DNA of 64,000 nt, taken from Patescibacteria group bacterium (GTDB taxonomy: Bacteria; Patescibacteriota; Patescibacteriia; 2-01-FULL-39-33). Each line of letters begins with the position of its first letter. Positions within the stretch are counted from its first letter, which is position 1. The notes under the pieces were generated by a model. The model was not told the origin of the DNA. It saw nothing but the letters and a program-made list of their open reading frames with translations, and did no database searches. Shown one piece after another: positions 28,825 to 38,353 of this stretch. The stretch covers positions 693-64,692 of the forward strand of contig JBAZQS010000002.1 of NCBI GenBank assembly GCA_041645075.1. Direction: 5' to 3'. Made by a program: the position numbers and the translations under genes.

Positions 28825-29477
28825 TTGGCGATAAAAATTTTTGGCTTTCAGTTATGATTTTTATAGTTGCTTGGTATTTATGGAAAAGCTTGTTGATGTA
28901 TCCGTTGCGGCTGTTGGTCACTCTACTTCATGAAAGCGGCCACGCCTTAGCCGCGGTTTTGACCGGTGGCGCCACGGAATTTATCAGTGTTGATATTCGT
29001 GGCAATGGCCGCGCGGTAACCAAGGGCGGGATCCGGCTGGTCATTTTAAACGGTGGCTATTTGGGCAGCGTGATTCTTGGCGTTTTTGTCTACCTTCTGC
29101 CTTATGGCCGATTTGGCCGCTATGCCCTAATGATTTTAGCCGCCTTGCTTTTGCTGATTGCCATTTTGTGGATCAGGGACTTTTTTACTATGATTTTTTC
29201 GCTCGGCTTAGGTCTGGGACTGGTTTTAATCAATTTATCGGTCTCCAATTCTTCCGCCATGCTCGTCGCCAAGTTTATCGGTTCTTGCTGTATTCTTTAC
29301 TCGGTGTTAAATATTGATTTCCATTTTCGTTACGGCAGGATGTTCTTTAACCGCCAAACCGACGATCAGGAATTGGCAAAATTAACAAAAATACCTGCCC
29401 GCCTTTGGCAGTTGGTCTGGCTCATTATTTCTCTGGTTATTTTTCTGCTCCTTACCAAGTCCACCCTAATGGAATAG
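28821..29477 (+). CDS. M50B-like integral membrane zinc metallopeptidase
   Basis: HESGHALAAVLTGG HExxH motif in a TM helix. ATGA overlap with the upstream gene. Confidence 0.6.
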   Translation: MIGDKNFWLSVMIFIVAWYLWKSLLMYPLRLLVTLLHESGHALAAVLTGGATEFISVDIRGNGRAVTKGGIRLVILNGGYLGSVILGVFVYLLPYGRFGRYALMILAALLLLIAILWIRDFFTMIFSLGLGLGLVLINLSVSNSSAMLVAKFIGSCCILYSVLNIDFHFRYGRMFFNRQTDDQELAKLTKIPARLWQLVWLIISLVIFLLLTKSTLME

Positions 29478-29560
29478 GGCGATGCCCAAATTTTTGCTTT
29501 AGCAAAAATTTTATTCCACAGGGTGAACCCTTAACGGTGTTTATTAGTAGCATTTATTAA

Positions 29561-29600
29561 GTCCGGACCGAGAGTGGTGCCGGACTTTTTAATTTTTTTT
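29561..29600 (+). terminator. Rho-independent terminator after the 21.2-29.5 kb operon
   Basis: gtccggaccgagagtggtgccggac hairpin followed by a T-run. Confidence 0.6.
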
Positions 29601-29677
29601 ATCAATTTCCGCCATTTGGTTCAAATCTATCATTCGTGTTATAATTAATTTGGAAAATATTAATTTTTAATCTTTAA

Positions 29678-32350
29678 ATGCCAAGTCAAATTGAAAAAAA
29701 ATGGCACAGTTTAAGTATGGCCAAAGTTTTTGCGTTGCTAAAAAGCGCAAAAGCCGGCTTATCCGGCGCCGAGGCAAAAAATCGGCAAAAAATTTACGGC
29801 TTAAATCGTCTGCCCAAAGAAAAGCCCTTTTCGCGCTTAAAATTATTGATTAGCCAAATAAAGTCACCTTTGGTTTATATTTTGTTTTTTGCCGCGATAA
29901 TTTCACTACTGCTTGACCACCTTACTGATTTTAGCGTCATATTTTTTGTCGTGGTGGTAAATACCATCTTTGGCTTTTGGCAGGAAAGCAAGGCCAACAA
30001 GTCCTTGGAGAAGCTGAAAGAAATCATCAAATACAAAGCCAAGGTCTTGCGCGATGGTTATGAAGTGATGATTGAGGCGGACGAACTGGTTCCCGGCGAT
30101 GTTATATTGGTTTCGGCCGGCGATCGGATTCCGGCTGATGCCAGAATATTTATCGCCGATAATTTGCAGATTACCGAAGCCGCTTTAACCGGCGAATCAA
30201 ATCCCTCAAAAAAAGGCGTCCGGGTTTTATCTGATAATGTGCCCTTGGCTGACCGGGAAAATATGGTTTATCTGGGCACCTTGGCCTCTCGCGGCAGCGG
30301 TTGGGCCGTGGTTTGCGCCACGGGCGGCAGAACAGAAGTGGGTAAGATTGCCGGGCTAATAAGAGAAGTTAGGGAAGAAAAAACGCCTCTTCAGAGAAAG
30401 CTGGCCCAATTCAGCAATTGGCTTACTTTAGTTATCGTTTTTTTATGCCTGTTAATTTTTATTATCGGATTTTTGGCGGGTAAGGATCCGATAGAAATGC
30501 TTATGTTCACGGTCGCCTTGGCCGTGGCCGCCATTCCCGAAGGATTATTAGTCGCGGTGACCATTATTTTAACGGTTGGCATGCAGTTTATTCTAAAACG
30601 GCAGGCCTTGGTCAGAAAGCTTATTGCCACCGAAACCTTGGGCAGCGTTTCCATTATTTGCGCCGATAAAACCGGCACCATTACCACCGGAGAAATGCAA
30701 GTTTCAAAAATTATTACGGCCGACAAAGAATACGCCATTCCCCAGAGCGGTGAATATTTAAAAAAAGAAAAAGTGCAGGACTTAATTTTAAAAATTTCTG
30801 TTTTGTGCAGCAGCGCGCAAATTGAAAATCCCAACGCCGAATTGGAGGCCTTAAGGATTATCGGCGACCCCACGGAAAAGGCGCTTGTTTTAGCGGCCGT
30901 CCAATCCGGATTCAATAAAGAGAAATTAGACAATGATTATACCAAGCAATCAGCCATTCCCTTTGATTCGCAGAAAAAGTTTATGGCCACGATTCATAAT
31001 CATGCGAGTGAAAACCATCAGCATGTTTTTGTTAAGGGCGCGCCCGAGATTGTCTTTAAATTTTGTCATCAGGTGTTGGTTGAAGGCATGGCCAAGCCAT
31101 TAGACGTTAAAATGCAAGAGTATTTAAAAACCAAACATGAAAATTTAACCAAGAAGGGCTTGCGCTTATTGGGCTTTGCCTATAAAACCGGTCAATTTAA
31201 AAACATAGAGGCAGAATTAAATGGCTTGGTTTTTTTGGGTTTTGTCGCCCTCAAGGATCCATTGCGAGAGGGGATTAAAGAAACATTTCAGTTGTGCCAT
31301 CGGGCGGGCATCAGGCCGGTAATTATCACCGGCGACCATAAATTGACCGCTAAAGCGATTTTTGAAGAATTGAAATTGCCGGTTGACGGCAATATAATTG
31401 AAGGCAGCGAGCTTGATAAATGGGACGACGAAGAATTAAAAAAGCAAGTAAAGCATATAGATGTTTACGCGCGCGTTGAGCCGATTCATAAATTAAGGAT
31501 TGTCAAGGCCTGGCAAGCGTGCGATGAGGTTGTGGCCATGACCGGCGATGGCATCAATGACGCGCCGGCCATAAAATCGGCTGATATCGGCATTGCTTTG
31601 GGCAGCGGCTCGGATGTGACCAAGGAAACAGCTGATTTGGTCTTATTGGATAATAATTTTAAGGTTATAGTGGCGGCTATTGAGCAGGGCCGGATAATTT
31701 TTGACAATATTAGAAAAGTAATTTTGTATTTGCTTTCTAATAGTTTTGCCGAAATGATATTAATTGCCAGTAGCATTGTTTTGGGTTTGCCTATGCCGAT
31801 TTTAGTCACCCAAATTTTATGGATAAATTTAATTACCGACGGCTTGCCTAATTTAGCGATTGCCTTGGAGCCCGGCGAAAGAGGGGTAATGGCCGACCGT
31901 CCTCGTCGGCGAAATGAGCCGCTTTTAAGCCAGCAGATGAAAATTTTAATTTTTGTTATCGGCCTGATTGTAAATTTTATGTTGTTGGGCGTTTTTGTAT
32001 ATTTACTGCGAATTTCTAATAACCTTGATTATATTCGGACCATTATTTTCGCCGCGCTTGGAATGAATACCTTGTTTTATGTTTTCAGTATTCGCTCGGT
32101 TCGGCATTCAATCTTTGCGCAGAACCCTCTTAGCAATAAATATCTTAATTTTGCGGTTTTAACTTCGGTTGTTATATTGCTTGCCGCCATTTATGTTCCT
32201 TTTCTTCAAGAGGTCTTCCAGACCGTATATTTGGGGTGGACTGAATGGATGTTTGTGGTGGCGATTAGTATCATCCAGATAATGCTGATAGAATTAGTAA
32301 AATATTATTTTATAATTAAAAGAAATAAATCCTTAAGCCATGCCCAGTAG
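29678..32350 (+). CDS. P-type cation-transporting ATPase (type II, Ca2+/Mg2+-like)
   Basis: DKTGTIT phosphorylation motif, TGDGINDAPAIK hinge, about 10 TM. Confidence 0.9.
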   Translation: MPSQIEKKWHSLSMAKVFALLKSAKAGLSGAEAKNRQKIYGLNRLPKEKPFSRLKLLISQIKSPLVYILFFAAIISLLLDHLTDFSVIFFVVVVNTIFGFWQESKANKSLEKLKEIIKYKAKVLRDGYEVMIEADELVPGDVILVSAGDRIPADARIFIADNLQITEAALTGESNPSKKGVRVLSDNVPLADRENMVYLGTLASRGSGWAVVCATGGRTEVGKIAGLIREVREEKTPLQRKLAQFSNWLTLVIVFLCLLIFIIGFLAGKDPIEMLMFTVALAVAAIPEGLLVAVTIILTVGMQFILKRQALVRKLIATETLGSVSIICADKTGTITTGEMQVSKIITADKEYAIPQSGEYLKKEKVQDLILKISVLCSSAQIENPNAELEALRIIGDPTEKALVLAAVQSGFNKEKLDNDYTKQSAIPFDSQKKFMATIHNHASENHQHVFVKGAPEIVFKFCHQVLVEGMAKPLDVKMQEYLKTKHENLTKKGLRLLGFAYKTGQFKNIEAELNGLVFLGFVALKDPLREGIKETFQLCHRAGIRPVIITGDHKLTAKAIFEELKLPVDGNIIEGSELDKWDDEELKKQVKHIDVYARVEPIHKLRIVKAWQACDEVVAMTGDGINDAPAIKSADIGIALGSGSDVTKETADLVLLDNNFKVIVAAIEQGRIIFDNIRKVILYLLSNSFAEMILIASSIVLGLPMPILVTQILWINLITDGLPNLAIALEPGERGVMADRPRRRNEPLLSQQMKILIFVIGLIVNFMLLGVFVYLLRISNNLDYIRTIIFAALGMNTLFYVFSIRSVRHSIFAQNPLSNKYLNFAVLTSVVILLAAIYVPFLQEVFQTVYLGWTEWMFVVAISIIQIMLIELVKYYFIIKRNKSLSHAQ

Positions 32351-32460
32351 TGAAAATTTGAACATTTGGTTGGGCAGATATTGTAGGGTTTTTACAAGAT
32401 ATTTACCAAATAAAGGTAAAAGTTTATAAAAAAATATAATTCAAATTTCTACTACTGGGC

Positions 32461-33060
32461 ATGCTGAATAACGTATTATTAAAAAATATCAATCTGCGCG
32501 AAGGCGAAAGGATAAAGAGGATTGTCCGGCGCTCAACCTGGCATTATTTCTGGCCGATAATATTGGCGATTATTTTAATTATTCTGCCCTTCTTTTTAAT
32601 CTACCCGCTTTTCCAAAGGGGCTGGTGGGGGATGGCGATTTTTTTTCTCTTATTGATCTTCGGCGTTTGGCTTATTTTAAGAATTTATTTTTCTCATTTT
32701 TTCACGGTTTTCGTGATGACTAATATGAGAGTTATTGATTTTGACCAGAGGGGATTATTTAATCAGGTTGTGACCGAGGCGCTTTATGGCAAGATTGGCG
32801 ATGTTTCCTGCGAGTCCCGGGGCGCGGTCAATGCGATTCTACGTCTGGGCAATATTTATATCAATCTTTTAAATAAGGGACGGGTGAAATTAAAATTAAG
32901 CGCCATTAAAAATCCCCAGAGCGTGGTCGGCGATATTTTATATTGGCAGGAAAATTACCTAAAAGGCAATTCTGCCGGCGGCGCGCAAGCCGGATTTCTG
33001 CTTAATAAGATTAAAGAAAAGATGGGCGATGACGCTTTTAATAAATTGATTACCGATTAA
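32461..33060 (+). CDS. Bacterial PH-domain (bPH_2/YdbT-like) membrane protein
   Basis: Two TM then a PH-like region. Confidence 0.5.
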   Translation: MLNNVLLKNINLREGERIKRIVRRSTWHYFWPIILAIILIILPFFLIYPLFQRGWWGMAIFFLLLIFGVWLILRIYFSHFFTVFVMTNMRVIDFDQRGLFNQVVTEALYGKIGDVSCESRGAVNAILRLGNIYINLLNKGRVKLKLSAIKNPQSVVGDILYWQENYLKGNSAGGAQAGFLLNKIKEKMGDDAFNKLITD

Positions 33061-33105
33061 ATAAATCCAGCCCCGTCTTTCGCGAGGGGCGGGGGTATTT
33101 CAAAG

Positions 33106-33558
33106 GTGCTGGATAAATGCTATAATATGCTTAATCGCTCACGGCGCAAAAATAAATATCATTTTTCTCGCGTTCAGATAATCATCGCCATTGGCAGTAT
33201 TATTTTGATTTTTTTGATTGTCGGCATTATTAAAGAGAAGATTAACCGCCGCCAAATTGATAATGAAGTTGCCAATTTAGAGAAACAGGTTAAAACATCA
33301 GAAAAGGAAAATCTGGAACTTGGGTCTCTGATTGAAGAATGGCGCGGCGGGAGCCGAGTGGAAAAAGAAGCGCGTCTTAAATTGGGCCTAAAAAAGCCGG
33401 GAGAAAAGGTGGTGATGATTATGAAAGAAACACCCAGCGCCCCCGAGAATATTATTAATAAAAATACCGAGATTATCGGCAATATTATCAAACCAAAGGA
33501 ATTAGAGGGAGCGGCCAATCCCTTAAAATGGTGGCGTTATTTTTTTTCAAAAATATAA
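33106..33558 (+). CDS. Septum formation initiator (FtsB/DivIC-like)
   Basis: TM plus coiled coil, then EKEARLKLGLKKPGEKVV. Confidence 0.65.
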   Translation: MLDKCYNMLNRSRRKNKYHFSRVQIIIAIGSIILIFLIVGIIKEKINRRQIDNEVANLEKQVKTSEKENLELGSLIEEWRGGSRVEKEARLKLGLKKPGEKVVMIMKETPSAPENIINKNTEIIGNIIKPKELEGAANPLKWWRYFFSKI

Positions 33559-33571
33559 ATAATTAATTATT

Positions 33572-34732
33572 ATGGCTCAACTATCTCCGGAAAAAAAAGT
33601 GAAGCTCAAAGCCGACGTCCTCGCCGAATTAGAAGCTGATTCCCGCCGTCTTTCTGGTTTAAAAAATAATATTAGTGAAAAGCCACCGAGGGAAAAACGG
33701 ACGGTTAAAATTTCCTCGGAGCGGATCGGCGAGGCGGTTCTTGAAGTCAATAAGCCGCTCAAAGAAAATTTACCAAATAAAATTAAGGTAAGATTGCCAA
33801 AAATTAATTTGCCTAAAAATAATCTTTTTTTCGCCATGATTAAAGGCGCCATTATTCTAATATCGATTATTTTGCTTGTTCTCGTTGTTGATATCGTCTT
33901 TATTTATAAATTCAGCTGGCAAGATAATTTCAGCTATCAGGTCGCTAAAATTTTTAATTTGCCGGCCGGCGCGGTTAACGGCCAGAACATTAAACTCATT
34001 GATTATTTAGATAATATTAGAGTCCTAAAAGTAGCGATAAGCAATAATCGGGAAGGCGTGGCTCTAAATTTGGGCGGGGGAAATAATGTCAATGAAAAAA
34101 TATTTCAAATTTTAACGGCCAATAATTTAGTGAAAGAACAGTTGAGAAAGTATAATAAAGTCGTTAATGAACAGGACTTGGACAATCCCCTGAAGGCCAT
34201 AATTACCCAGCTGGGCGGCAAGCAAAAAGCCGAAGAAACCATCAGCCGTTTATATAATTTGAATTTGGGCGAATTTAAGGAAAAAATTTTAAGGCCGCTG
34301 ATGGAGCGGGAAAATTTGCAGGCCGCGATAATGAAAGATGAAAATTTAGAAATTAATAAGGAAGCGAAATTTAAAGCCGAAGAGGTTTTAAAAATCGCTC
34401 TTCAGCCAAAGGTGGATTTTAAGGTCTTAGCCAAGCAATATACGGAAGACGAGGCGGGCATAAATACAGGCGGCGACTTGGGGCTGATTTCCAAAGGTGA
34501 AACCGCGCCCGAGTTTGAATCAATTGTATTTTTTCTGCCGCCACGCACGGTTTATGATAAATTATTTGTTAATAAAATCGGCTACTATATTATTAAGGTG
34601 GATGAAAAATTAACCGACCCGGAGAGCGGACGGGAAAGCGTGAAAGTTAGCGATATTTTAATTCGCGTTGATGTGGATAAATACATCAAAGGACTAATGG
34701 ATAAAGCGGTGATTAAAAAGTATGTTCGGTAA
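33572..34732 (+). CDS. PpiC-type peptidyl-prolyl isomerase (PrsA/SurA-like)
   Basis: Parvulin segment GGDLGLISKGETAPEFESIVFFL...IGYYIIKV. Confidence 0.7.
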   Translation: MAQLSPEKKVKLKADVLAELEADSRRLSGLKNNISEKPPREKRTVKISSERIGEAVLEVNKPLKENLPNKIKVRLPKINLPKNNLFFAMIKGAIILISIILLVLVVDIVFIYKFSWQDNFSYQVAKIFNLPAGAVNGQNIKLIDYLDNIRVLKVAISNNREGVALNLGGGNNVNEKIFQILTANNLVKEQLRKYNKVVNEQDLDNPLKAIITQLGGKQKAEETISRLYNLNLGEFKEKILRPLMERENLQAAIMKDENLEINKEAKFKAEEVLKIALQPKVDFKVLAKQYTEDEAGINTGGDLGLISKGETAPEFESIVFFLPPRTVYDKLFVNKIGYYIIKVDEKLTDPESGRESVKVSDILIRVDVDKYIKGLMDKAVIKKYVR

Positions 34733-34739
34733 ATATTTG

Positions 34740-34812
34740 AGCCACCCATCGGATTCGAACCGATGACCTACGCGTTACGAGTGCGTTGCTCTACCAACTG
34801 AGCTAGGGTGGC
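34740..34812 (-). tRNA. tRNA-Thr (anticodon CGT)
   Basis: Reverse complement folds: GCCACCC acceptor, anticodon loop CTCGTAA, T-loop TTCGAAT. Confidence 0.85.
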
Positions 34813-34815
34813 CTA

Positions 34816-34886
34816 AGCGGGATACGGGAGTCGAACCCGTCTTTCTACCTTGGGAAGGTAGCATTAAACCGATTAATTAATCCCGC
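34816..34886 (-). tRNA. tRNA-Gly (anticodon CCC)
   Basis: Reverse complement folds: GCGGGAT acceptor, anticodon stem CTACC/GGTAG with loop TTCCCAA, T-loop TTCGACT. Confidence 0.8.
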
Positions 34887-34925
34887 AGACAGTATATATA
34901 GTATATAATTTTTTGCCAAAAATCA

Positions 34926-35795
34926 ATGATTTTAAATATTATCTCATCAAAAAACAGCCAAAAGCACGGTTGGAGGCAATTTAAAACAAGTTATTTTGTT
35001 TTTTTTGTGATATTTACGCCATTAATGGCTTTTTTCTTTCTCATAAATCCCGTCCGGGCGGAAAATTTTGTTTTTATCAGGCAGATTGAATATCCCTTGA
35101 ATAAAAATTATATTTTAACCTCGCCGGCCGAGGAAATAACGTTTTCGGTGGCGGCCAACTCCATCGATCAAAATGCGGTGATTAAATTAATGCATTTGGC
35201 CGATCAGAAAAATATCAGCGATTATTTTACCTATTCAGAAAATATTGAACCCGCCAGCGATTTGTACTATTTTGAATTTGTGAATAAGGACGGTTTTCAA
35301 AAAACCAGCTATTCAATCCGGCCGAAAATTACCATCAAATACAAACCGGATAATAAATATAAAGAAATATATTATTACAGCTGGCTGTATTTAAAATTTT
35401 TAAAATTAGATACGATTCGCGATACCATTAATAATACCCTAACTTTTGAAATTCCCGAGCAACAATCGCTTATTTTTGCTTTGTTTGATGAAAAGGAAAT
35501 TGCGGGCAAGGCCTCATGGTATGTCCATAATAAATATAAAAATCAATTAATCGCGGCCAGCGTGGATTTTGCCCAGGACGCGAAGGTAAGAGTCATAAAT
35601 TCCGACAACAACAAAGAAGTTATTGTCACCATAAAGGATTATGGCCCAAAGAAATGTCCCGATTGGACCGAGAAAGAACAAAAAACCATGGGCCCCTGCC
35701 AAGATCGGCTATTGGATTTATCAAAAACCGCTTTCAAAGTTTTGGCGCCGACCAGCTTGGGCATAATAAATGTGAAAGTAATGCCCGCGGAATAA
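34926..35795 (+). CDS. RlpA-like double-psi beta-barrel protein
   Basis: ASWYVHNKYKNQLIAASVDFAQDAKVRVINSDNNKEVIVTIKDYGP matches the RlpA DPBB pattern. Confidence 0.65.
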   Translation: MILNIISSKNSQKHGWRQFKTSYFVFFVIFTPLMAFFFLINPVRAENFVFIRQIEYPLNKNYILTSPAEEITFSVAANSIDQNAVIKLMHLADQKNISDYFTYSENIEPASDLYYFEFVNKDGFQKTSYSIRPKITIKYKPDNKYKEIYYYSWLYLKFLKLDTIRDTINNTLTFEIPEQQSLIFALFDEKEIAGKASWYVHNKYKNQLIAASVDFAQDAKVRVINSDNNKEVIVTIKDYGPKKCPDWTEKEQKTMGPCQDRLLDLSKTAFKVLAPTSLGIINVKVMPAE

Positions 35796-35804
35796 AATAC
35801 TAAT

Positions 35805-36485
35805 ATGATTCATTTAATCAAAGTAACAAAAAAATTTGAGGGCGAGACCGTGGCCCTAAAGGAGGTCGCGCTTCATATTGAGCCCGGCGAGTTTGTTTCT
35901 ATTGTCGGCCAGTCGGGCTCGGGCAAAACCACCATTATCCGCTTATTGATCGCGGAAATCAGGCCGACCGCCGGTAAAATTATTATCGGCGGCTGGGATA
36001 TTACCGATATCAAACGCCGTCAAATTCCCATATTGAGGCGGCAAATCGGCGTAGTATTTCAGGATTTTAAATTATTGCCCAAAAAAACGGTATTTGAAAA
36101 TGTGGCCTTTGCCTTGCAGGTTTCCGGCAGCGCCAAAAGCCGCATCAATAAAATTGTGCCGCAGGTTTTAAAAATCGTGGATTTGGAAGATAAGACGGGC
36201 CGGTATCCGCAAAATTTGTCGGGCGGCGAAAAGCAAAGGGTGGCGATTGCCCGAGCCCTGATTCATCGGCCGAAAATATTATTAGCCGATGAGCCGACCG
36301 GCAATTTAGACGCCTTAAATTCAAAAGATATTATTGATTTGCTTTTGAAAATCAATGATTTCGGCACGACCGTGGTTTTGGTTACCCACAATAAAGATAT
36401 TGTTAATTCGTTAAGAAAACGAGTCATCACTCTTGAGCGCGGCGTCGTTATCCAAGACCAGAAAGTGGGAAAGTATGTTTTATAA
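35805..36485 (+). CDS. ftsE: Cell division ATP-binding protein FtsE
   Basis: [35 protein letters not shown]. Confidence 0.85.
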   Translation: MIHLIKVTKKFEGETVALKEVALHIEPGEFVSIVGQSGSGKTTIIRLLIAEIRPTAGKIIIGGWDITDIKRRQIPILRRQIGVVFQDFKLLPKKTVFENVAFALQVSGSAKSRINKIVPQVLKIVDLEDKTGRYPQNLSGGEKQRVAIARALIHRPKILLADEPTGNLDALNSKDIIDLLLKINDFGTTVVLVTHNKDIVNSLRKRVITLERGVVIQDQKVGKYVL

Positions 36486-36495
36486 ATTATAAACC

Positions 36496-37419
36496 TTGAT
36501 TATGTTATTAGTCGCCATACACCGAAGCGTGCTTTTCGCCCTCCAATCATTTTGGCGAAATTTTTGGCTGTCTCTGGCCACGATTTTTATAATTTTTTTG
36601 GCGTTTGTCTCAATTAATTTTTTAATTTTTCTCAGCGCCGTCTCTGATTCGGCCATAAACGCGGTCAAGGAAAAAATTGACGTGTCAATATATTTCAAGC
36701 CCGATATCAGAGAAAGCAAAATCAACGAAGTCAAATCGCATTTAGAGACCTTGTCCCAGGTAAAAGAGATTACTTATCATTCTTCGGCGCAAAATTTGGA
36801 AAGTTTTACCCAGCGCCACGCCAGTGATGCGGTCATCAGCGATACCTTAAAAGAATTGGCGGGCAATCCGCTGGGCGCCACTTTAATTATTAAGGCGAAA
36901 GAATTATCCGATTATCCCGAGATATTAAAGGCCGTGGACAATCCCGCCTATAATGAATTAATTGAAGAGAAAAATTATGACGACCATCGCGTCGTCATAG
37001 ACCGCATTAACAGCATTACCAACAACATCAGGCGAGGCGGGCTGATTATCAGCTTGATATTTGTGATCATCGCCATTCTCATTGTTTTTAATACCGTAAG
37101 AATCGCGATTTTTACCCATCAAAATGAAATCAGCATTATGAAACTGGTGGGCGCGAGCAATTGGTTTATCCGAGCGCCATTTATATTGGAAAGCATATTT
37201 TCCGGCGTGATTGCCTGTTTATTGGCCGTGGCTTTGGTGTATCCCGTCTTATCGTTCATCCAGCCCCATCTTGCCAATTTTTTTGACGGCGCCGCTTTTG
37301 ATCTGGTCGGCTATTTTAATCAGCGCTTCTTGCTTATTTTCGGCGGCCAGCTCTTGGGAATTATTCTTTTAAATATTATTGCCAGCAGCTTGGCTATTGG
37401 AAAATATTTGAAGGTCTAA
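36496..37419 (+). CDS. ftsX: Cell division permease FtsX
   Basis: MKLVGASNWFIRAPF motif; 4 TM. Confidence 0.85.
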   Translation: MIMLLVAIHRSVLFALQSFWRNFWLSLATIFIIFLAFVSINFLIFLSAVSDSAINAVKEKIDVSIYFKPDIRESKINEVKSHLETLSQVKEITYHSSAQNLESFTQRHASDAVISDTLKELAGNPLGATLIIKAKELSDYPEILKAVDNPAYNELIEEKNYDDHRVVIDRINSITNNIRRGGLIISLIFVIIAILIVFNTVRIAIFTHQNEISIMKLVGASNWFIRAPFILESIFSGVIACLLAVALVYPVLSFIQPHLANFFDGAAFDLVGYFNQRFLLIFGGQLLGIILLNIIASSLAIGKYLKV

Positions 37420-37598
37420 GCGGCTTGAAAAAAATAAAATTATTTGATATAATAATTAAGCTTAAAATATAAATATTATTATGGCAAAAAGAAAAAGAGA
37501 CCCGAGAGTTAAAGTGCCGATTTTAAAGCATACTTTAAAAAGAAAGAAGAAGTAGATTTTCTCCCCCACAATGGGGGAGATTTAGGAAAAAGAAATAT

Positions 37599-37669
37599 TC
37601 GGGGATCGTCTAATGGTAGGACAGTGGCCTTTGAAGCCATTAATTCTGGTTCGAATCCAGGTCCCCGAG
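37599..37669 (+). tRNA. tRNA-Gln (anticodon TTG)
   Basis: U1-A72 pair and G73 discriminator typical of tRNA-Gln; anticodon loop CTTTGAA; T-loop TTCGAAT. Confidence 0.8.
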
Positions 37670-37715
37670 CAAATAACAAAATTAATTATATTTAATTAAC
37701 TCAAATTAACTTAAT

Positions 37716-38351
37716 ATGGGAAATTTTAATCGAGATAATAAAAAATCTAGTGGCGGTTTTAACCGTGGATTTGGCGGTGGTAAATCGTTTGGCAATGAAA
37801 AGAGATTCGGCGGAAGAGACGGCGGTAAGCCGGCGATGTATAAAGCGACTTGCAGTGAATGTGGCGCGAGTTGCGAACTGCCTTTTAAGCCGACCGGAGA
37901 CCGGCCCGTGTTTTGCCGTGATTGTTTTGGAAAACAGGGCGGCGGCGGCGGCCGGCCGAATAAATTCGGTGGTGAAAGACGCGAAAAACCTCGTTTTGAA
38001 GATAGACAAATGCATAATGCGGTTTGCGCTAAATGCGGCAAGGATTGCCAAGTGCCCTTTAGGCCGACGGCCGGCAAACCTATTTTTTGCAATGATTGTT
38101 TTGATAAGGGCGGAAGCGGCTCGCCTCGCGGCGAAGCGGGCAGCAAAGATTCCTCTGGCGGAATCATGGAACAGATCAAGATGTTAAATGCCAAAGTTGA
38201 TAAACTTATAAAAGTGTTAATTCCGAATGCTTCGGTAGAAAAAGTTGATAAATCGGAGTTTAGAAAAGAAGTAATGGTTAAAGAAGTCGTGAAAGGAAAA
38301 GCCAAAACAAAAATTGCGTCGAAAAAAATTTCAGCTAAAAAGAAAAAATAA
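37716..38351 (+). CDS. Gly/Arg-rich protein with two CxxC-x17-CxxC zinc ribbons and a Lys-rich tail (probable nucleic-acid-binding)
   Basis: CSECGASCELPFKPTGDRPVFCRDCF and CAKCGKDCQVPFRPTAGKPIFCNDCF; RGG/GGG tracts; KAKTK C-tail. Confidence 0.6.
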   Translation: MGNFNRDNKKSSGGFNRGFGGGKSFGNEKRFGGRDGGKPAMYKATCSECGASCELPFKPTGDRPVFCRDCFGKQGGGGGRPNKFGGERREKPRFEDRQMHNAVCAKCGKDCQVPFRPTAGKPIFCNDCFDKGGSGSPRGEAGSKDSSGGIMEQIKMLNAKVDKLIKVLIPNASVEKVDKSEFRKEVMVKEVVKGKAKTKIASKKISAKKKK

Positions 38352-38353
38352 GA

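Noticed and set aside
18600-29500. Calling the whole 18.6-29.5 kb stretch a clear-cut genomic island
   Set aside because: GC content is elevated here, but guaA, the pyrE-like gene, pyrF and gene 57533 are also GC-richer than the AT-rich accessory genes. Composition alone is therefore not decisive, and the duplicated tRNA fragment lies on the side opposite to that expected for classical 3'-end integration. It is kept as a hypothesis in the findings.
37701-38305. Long minus-strand ORFs (116 and 199 aa) and an alternative + frame ORF (145 aa) across gene 37716-38351
   Set aside because: They are antisense or off-frame artefacts of the Gly/Arg-codon-rich zinc-ribbon gene; they lack an SD.
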